Below, one piece after another: positions 38,078-43,304 of a DNA stretch of 43,304 bases (positions are counted from its first letter, which is position 1; each line of letters begins with the position of its first letter). The stretch lies in assembly GCA_049599475.1 (NCBI GenBank), contig JBMYOQ010000034.1:1-43304 (forward strand), given 5' to 3'. The position numbers were made by a program, and so were the translations under genes. The notes under the pieces were generated by a model that saw only the letters and a program-made list of their open reading frames with translations, did not search any database and was not told the origin of the DNA. Origin of the DNA: Opitutales bacterium. Lineage in GTDB: Bacteria; Verrucomicrobiota; Verrucomicrobiia; Opitutales; JABSRG01.

Positions 38078-41000
38078 ATAAAACACTTTCCTACATACCT
38101 CAAAATCTTGAGTTTTTTGATGCTCATTCAGGCTCTTAGGGGTCAGGAAGAGAGGACCTATGTGCCGGCTCAGACAGACCCCATCTTGGAGCCTTGGCGA
38201 TGGCGGGTCGAAGAGGCCCTCGAAGGGCTAGATGTGATTGCGATGCACGTGGCGGATGACGGAGTCCACTGGTTTTCAACGGAACGGGGACTGGTCCAGT
38301 ATGATGGGCAGCAGGCAATCGAGATTCCAGTGAGCGAGGAGGCTTTGGCCGCCATTGACACAAGAGATCCTTCAGTGAAAGGGCATCATATTATGCCGGA
38401 TGGATCTGTATTGGCGCAAGTCGGTAGGGGCTTACTGCGGTGGTCGGACGATAGCTGGGAAGTGATTATCAGGAATGTCGGTATCTCGAACCGTAATGTG
38501 GAATTTCGAACTTCGGCGGACGGGACTATATGGCTTATGGTCGCTGGTTCACTCTGGAGATTGAGTGCCGACCTTGTCTCCAAGGAGCGTGTATATGCTT
38601 CAAAGAGAAAGGCTTTTTTGGGGTCGATGGATGTCTCGCCAGATGGGACCCTTTGGCTTTGTCAGAGATTTCACAGCGATAAAGTCGAATTGTTAAAGCT
38701 CACTTTTGCCGCAGCCGCAGGCAGCAGGGCTCCCTTGACCGTGGAGAGCTACCCCTTGAATACTTCAACTGCGGCGAAAGCGGTATGTATCCTTTCGAGT
38801 TCAGAAGGCCAGATATGGTATGCTGACAATTCGCCCAATGCTCCTCTGTATCTATTCGATCCCCGAAGCGAGAGCTGGACATCCGTCGAAGTTGAGGGAA
38901 AGGGGATGCGGGTATTCTCGCTTCAAAGCGGTTTGAATGGAAACATCTGGGCTGGGGCCGAAGGTCGTTTACTGAGATTATCGGAGGGATCGTTGCAGGG
39001 GCTCTATTTGAGAGATTCGCTCGATTTACCTCATGTCCCGCTGACCGCATATGAGCTTGAGGGAAGGTTGTGGATTATGGGGCGATCGGGCTACGTGTTC
39101 TCTGTGGATACCAGTAGGGATACCTACCTCTCGCTGGATCAGTTACACTTCTTGGGGGAGGCGCCAAACGGGGAGCAGTGGTTCCGTCATCGCAGAATAC
39201 ATCAAGGGGTGGTTAAGTATGATCCTCAGACTGAGCAATGGCGTGCGTTTACAATGGAGGACGGATTGATCCGCCGAGTCAGAAATCTCACGGTATCGAG
39301 TCATGGTCTGGTTTGGGCATCTGGAAGTCACTATAGAGAAGCCGCGATCGCGGTATACGATGGAGAGCGTTGGAGGCGCTTTTTGCATCCCGAATTTGCC
39401 TCGACGATCGAATTCGGGGCTATGTACGAAAGCAACGATGGGAAGATGTGGTTTGGTGCAGGGGGAGGCATCCAATCAAGCAGTTCTGGAGGGGTCTTAC
39501 AGTATGGTGTCGACGCGAATCGTGAGCCCTACTTTATCGCGCATATTGGCCCACCCGTGTTGCCCCATCCGGTAGCCGCGTTTGCGGAAAGTAGCGATGG
39601 TTCCATGATTATCGGGGGCACTAGTCTGTTTCGATATGACCCTGAATCACATTTTGCGGAGCCCTTAGCCCTTGGAGATGGCGCGCAAACGATTGATATG
39701 GTCTACGGGAATGACGGATCACTTTGGGTTACCAAGGAGCATGCAGGCGTGTTTCGAATATGGCCTGATGGCTCATACAAGAGCTACACCCATGCAGATG
39801 GGTTGGCACGTGTGGATGCTACGGATTTACTCCTCTTGGCGGATGGATCTATCCTTGCGGCAACAGGAGGGGGAATCAGTCGTTTTGATGGGCAAGCATG
39901 GACGGCACACGCTCTGCCTCCAAGCCTCCGTGTTCTGGGCAGACATACTGGTCTCTTTCAGGGAGCTCAGGGCGATCTTTGGCTGAACATGGCTGGAGCA
40001 GAGACGAATGCTTTGTCGCGCGAAAGTGAGGAAAAGCCTCAGTTTTTCTCGGTTCGCTATTCTGCCGAAACCTTCCCCCCAGACACGCAAATACTGAGGT
40101 ATGTGGATGCGGTGGCTCAGCCTGGGAATACCATTATAGAGTGGAGTGGCCGAGATCAGTGGAGTCACACCCCGAAAGCATCACTCCAATATTCCTGGCG
40201 CTTAAATGGAGGTCCTTGGTCCGCCTATACAAAAGCCACGAGCCATGCTTTTTTGGATTTAGATGACGGGAAACATCTACTGGAGGTGCGGGCACGGGAT
40301 AAGGCCTTCAATGTGGATCCTACGCCTGCGGTGGTGACTTTTAATGTAATCCCTCCCATCTGGAAACAGCCTTGGTTTATCGCAATGATTGCGACGTTCT
40401 CGGGGATCATCATCGCGTTGATTCAAGTAATCATCCGTGGGCGAGAGAAGAACCTACTGGAACAGCAAAAGCAGCGAGAGGCCTTCCTGCTAAAAGAGCA
40501 AGCGGATCGCGAGAACCATTTACTCGAGATCGATCGTATTAAAACGGGCTTTTTTACGAACATATCTCACGAGTTGCGGACTCCGCTCACGGTGGTTGCG
40601 GGGCGCTTAAATCAAATATTTAAAGCTGAGAGCGAACCGCAAAAGCGAGGTGCGCTGTCTTCGGTAATACGGAATGTTGATCGGCTTTCAGATCTTGTTA
40701 CCCAGTTGCTCGATTTTCGGAAAATTGAAGAAGGGCAAATGGCCGTGAATAGTACGACTGGAGATGTGGCAAAGGTCGTTTCTGAGTGTGTTGAAAATTT
40801 GAATACACTAGCGGAGAGTTCAGATATCTCCATGGAATGTTGGACTCCAGACACGTGTACTGGGAATTTTGATCAAGATAAGCTGAACAAAGTGTTCACG
40901 AACCTTGTCGCGAACTCGATAAAGTATACTGAGCCTGGGGGCCGTGTGACTGTATCTCTCGAATCTTTACCTGAGGTGATCGTATTTTCGGTGGAGGACA

Positions 41001-42079
41001 CGGGTATTGGTATACCGAAAGAACATCAGGCGCAGATTTTTGAAAAATTCTACCGCGTGTCCGAACAGTCGATGAGCTCTGGAAGTGGTGTGGGTCTAAA
41101 TCTTACGAAGGAATTGGTTGAATTGCTTAATGGCACGATACATGTCGAAAGCCCGATATTTCCAGATCCTATTCGCCCAGGAACTCTGTTTAGAGTAGAG
41201 ATTCCCTTTGAGAGCATTGAGCAAGCAATAGTCACCTCTGCAGAAATTGAAGAATCTGTAGAGACGCATCCTGGGGATCCTGTGAGTGAGGAGAATGACG
41301 AAGCCCCCGGCAGCCTACCTCTTGTGCTCATTTGTGAAGATGATCTGGAGATTCGTAGGTTTGTCGAAGAGGGTCTGAAAGCTCATTTTCGTGTAGAGAC
41401 GGCCAAGAACGGAAAACTCGGATTGGAGAAAGCGAAGAGTATGGTCCCCGATTTAGTGGTGACCGACGTCATGATGCCGGAGATGTCAGGTGTCGAGCTG
41501 TGTGCCGCTTTAAAGCAAGGGATCGAAACTTCGCATATTCCGCTCATCATGCTCACCGCCAAGACTTCGGTGGAAAACCAGATGGAAGGTCTGCAACAGG
41601 GTGCGGATGATTATGTCACAAAACCCTTTAATATGGATCTACTCCAAGTGCGTATCAGCAATTTGCTCGAGTCGAGACGCCTGCTTCGCGAAAAGTATAG
41701 CCAGGAGTCAGTTCCGATGAAACCGGATTTGGTCAAAGGGTCTCCAGAAGAGGCGTTTCTTAAAAAAGTCTCGGATGCGATTGATCGTGAGTTTAGTGAC
41801 CCCAAATTCAACCCAGATGCTTTCGCCAAAGCGATGGCCATGAGCCGCCGAACCCTCCACCGCAAGCTAAAGGCGGTTACCGATCGCACGCCCAGTGAAT
41901 ATATTAATCAATACAGATTAGCCAAGGCCGCAGAGCGCTTACTGGCCTCTTCCGATACAATCGCAGATATCTGTTACAGTGTCGGCTACGAAGAGCCCAC
42001 GAACTTCTCACGCATGTTTAAGGCCCATTATAAAGTAACACCGAGTAAGTATCGGGAAAGCAGTAAGTGCAGCTCCTGA
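38078..42079 (+). CDS. Hybrid two-component system (beta-propeller sensor, Y_Y_Y, TM, HisKA, HATPase, REC, AraC)
   Basis: Propeller repeats (DGTIW, DGTLW, DGKMW, DGSLW), QYSWRL..LEVRARD, a TM segment, FFTNISHELRTPLT, NSIKYT, DTGIGI, GSGVGL, CEDD..TDVMMP..KPF and an AraC tail. Start is ATA 38078 (inferred) or TTG 38108. Confidence 0.95.
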   Translation: MKHFPTYLKILSFLMLIQALRGQEERTYVPAQTDPILEPWRWRVEEALEGLDVIAMHVADDGVHWFSTERGLVQYDGQQAIEIPVSEEALAAIDTRDPSVKGHHIMPDGSVLAQVGRGLLRWSDDSWEVIIRNVGISNRNVEFRTSADGTIWLMVAGSLWRLSADLVSKERVYASKRKAFLGSMDVSPDGTLWLCQRFHSDKVELLKLTFAAAAGSRAPLTVESYPLNTSTAAKAVCILSSSEGQIWYADNSPNAPLYLFDPRSESWTSVEVEGKGMRVFSLQSGLNGNIWAGAEGRLLRLSEGSLQGLYLRDSLDLPHVPLTAYELEGRLWIMGRSGYVFSVDTSRDTYLSLDQLHFLGEAPNGEQWFRHRRIHQGVVKYDPQTEQWRAFTMEDGLIRRVRNLTVSSHGLVWASGSHYREAAIAVYDGERWRRFLHPEFASTIEFGAMYESNDGKMWFGAGGGIQSSSSGGVLQYGVDANREPYFIAHIGPPVLPHPVAAFAESSDGSMIIGGTSLFRYDPESHFAEPLALGDGAQTIDMVYGNDGSLWVTKEHAGVFRIWPDGSYKSYTHADGLARVDATDLLLLADGSILAATGGGISRFDGQAWTAHALPPSLRVLGRHTGLFQGAQGDLWLNMAGAETNALSRESEEKPQFFSVRYSAETFPPDTQILRYVDAVAQPGNTIIEWSGRDQWSHTPKASLQYSWRLNGGPWSAYTKATSHAFLDLDDGKHLLEVRARDKAFNVDPTPAVVTFNVIPPIWKQPWFIAMIATFSGIIIALIQVIIRGREKNLLEQQKQREAFLLKEQADRENHLLEIDRIKTGFFTNISHELRTPLTVVAGRLNQIFKAESEPQKRGALSSVIRNVDRLSDLVTQLLDFRKIEEGQMAVNSTTGDVAKVVSECVENLNTLAESSDISMECWTPDTCTGNFDQDKLNKVFTNLVANSIKYTEPGGRVTVSLESLPEVIVFSVEDTGIGIPKEHQAQIFEKFYRVSEQSMSSGSGVGLNLTKELVELLNGTIHVESPIFPDPIRPGTLFRVEIPFESIEQAIVTSAEIEESVETHPGDPVSEENDEAPGSLPLVLICEDDLEIRRFVEEGLKAHFRVETAKNGKLGLEKAKSMVPDLVVTDVMMPEMSGVELCAALKQGIETSHIPLIMLTAKTSVENQMEGLQQGADDYVTKPFNMDLLQVRISNLLESRRLLREKYSQESVPMKPDLVKGSPEEAFLKKVSDAIDREFSDPKFNPDAFAKAMAMSRRTLHRKLKAVTDRTPSEYINQYRLAKAAERLLASSDTIADICYSVGYEEPTNFSRMFKAHYKVTPSKYRESSKCSS

Positions 42080-42188
42080 GCAGGGGCGCTTAAAGGCAAT
42101 AGGCGCTTGTGATTATGTAATGAGAGAAGCCGTTGGTTGAAAAAATGTTAGATGGTGAATAAAAAAATTCTGACGATTTTTTATTATT

Positions 42189-42204
42189 TGTCACAATAGT
42201 GACA
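42189..42204. promoter_or_regulatory. Palindromic candidate operator
   Basis: TGTCAC-aata-GTGACA in an AT-rich gap upstream of the last ORF. Confidence 0.4.
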
Positions 42205-42292
42205 CTTCTTGCTGTTTATTTTTTTGGAAGTCCGTGCCCTCAATACCTGTTGGCACCTCGTTTAAAATAAAGAATTCAAATCTCTGTTTATA

Positions 42293-43297
42293 ATGTCTTT
42301 TAAGGATGAACTGACCGGATTAGTTAGCGATATTAATAAAACCTTGGGCGATTCTACTCTGTTGCCGCAGCCTGTTTCTTGGGAGAGCTCCAGTTTGAAG
42401 CCCTTGGAATGGAGCTTTGGCCAATCCTTCTCTATCGGGGTGAATGCCAAGGTTGAGGTGTCATTGTTTAACTCCGAAACGGATAAAGATATATATGGGG
42501 TGTTTGGAAAGAAGGTATCTGATCAAGGGAATCCCGGGATTTTCGATTCGGTAAAAGCAGACTCGCTTTTGATTCCTGATCAGACAAACGCTTGGTTGCG
42601 GTATGCATTTATGTTGGACGCTAAAGGCGATGCCTCAACGAATATTGGGACGGGCATTGGGATTGAAGGATCCGCTGAGGGGAAAGCTCTGATAGCTTGG
42701 TATCGCAAACATTTGTTAACGGATTCGTTATCAGATGTAGCACTTGAAACAGTCGGCGGACTATTGAATGGGGGTTCGATTGAAGATTCGGTGTTTCTGC
42801 CCTCTGATGGTCATGCATCTTTGTATCGAATATATGGTAGCCTTGGGGCGAGCCTATCGCTGAGTTATGCAGATTCCTTTTCCTTCGTCGCAACCGGTGC
42901 CCGAGAGATCTTTGGGGAGTCTATTGAAATTGTTTCGGGTGTATTTAAGGCTGGTGCTGAAATGAAGCTGACTGCGAAGATTCAGGATGAGTTTCAGGTG
43001 GCAGTGGCAGGGAATGTCGATGATGTCACGGTCTCTGTAAATAAGTCCAAGCTCAAGGAATTCGGAGTTGGACTGTCCGTTTCGATATCAATCGCAGATT
43101 TGAAGTACAACGAGTCCGCTCTGAGCGATTTTCTGGACTCAACATTTGAAGAGATTTTTCCAAAGGTCCAACTGCCTTCAGGAGTCTCCACGGCAAAAGA
43201 TGCGATCGATGAGTTGAATGGGCATATTGATGCGTTTCGAGATGTTGGAAGTCTAGGGGCTGTCTTCAAATTACCCCCGCATCCAGACAATAATTGA
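42293..43297 (+). CDS. Hypothetical protein, possibly 3'-truncated
   Basis: 334-aa ORF with no family recognised. The last ~14 codons may come from a putative IS end. Confidence 0.7.
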   Translation: MSFKDELTGLVSDINKTLGDSTLLPQPVSWESSSLKPLEWSFGQSFSIGVNAKVEVSLFNSETDKDIYGVFGKKVSDQGNPGIFDSVKADSLLIPDQTNAWLRYAFMLDAKGDASTNIGTGIGIEGSAEGKALIAWYRKHLLTDSLSDVALETVGGLLNGGSIEDSVFLPSDGHASLYRIYGSLGASLSLSYADSFSFVATGAREIFGESIEIVSGVFKAGAEMKLTAKIQDEFQVAVAGNVDDVTVSVNKSKLKEFGVGLSVSISIADLKYNESALSDFLDSTFEEIFPKVQLPSGVSTAKDAIDELNGHIDAFRDVGSLGAVFKLPPHPDNN

Positions 43298-43304
43298 AGC
43301 GATT
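43256..43304. mobile_element. Possible terminal inverted repeat of an IS5-like element
   Basis: CTAG at 43253-43256 runs into GGGGCTGTCTTCAAATTA, and the window ends 48 nt later. No transposase or second end is visible. Confidence 0.35.

Noticed and set aside
1..43304. CRISPR array, rRNA, tRNA, integron or prophage
   Set aside because: No regularly spaced direct repeats with spacers, RNA gene signatures, integrase, or phage and cas genes were seen.

Overview
Bacterial genomic window, most likely from a marine Verrucomicrobiota (Opitutae-like) organism. This is inferred from a PEP-CTERM protein, a verrucomicrobial-type C-terminal domain, DUF1080 proteins, four Cys-type sulfatases, an ECF sigma/FecR pair and a hybrid two-component system (HTCS). 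From left to right it holds: a DUF1080 protein; a Pmp-like beta-helix surface protein; a MOSC protein, a DUF3524/GTDC1-like glycosyltransferase and a UbiA-family protein; a hipBA-like toxin-antitoxin operon preceded by four palindromic operators; a DUF3943 protein; a PAS-AraC-associated sugar oxidation/isomerisation cluster; a sulfatase; and a metallopeptidase-like TPR protein. A roughly 22 kb putative sulfated-fucan utilisation region follows (two paralogous double beta-helix enzymes, a stand-alone CBM-like protein, a GH29 fucosidase, three sulfatases, ECF/FecR, PEP-CTERM, REC-AraC, HTCS). The last ORF is unknown and may be cut by an IS end. The most notable observations are these. (i) The extracytoplasmic tail of the FecR anti-sigma factor resembles the two tandem 117-aa modules of the first beta-helix enzyme, suggesting a glycan-sensing sigma/anti-sigma circuit. 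(ii) The ECF sigma and the HTCS both appear to lack a canonical start codon at their natural N-terminus. (iii) Several different palindromic mini-elements sit in intergenic gaps. No tRNA, rRNA or CRISPR array was seen. All family calls come from motifs recognised by eye, not from database searches.
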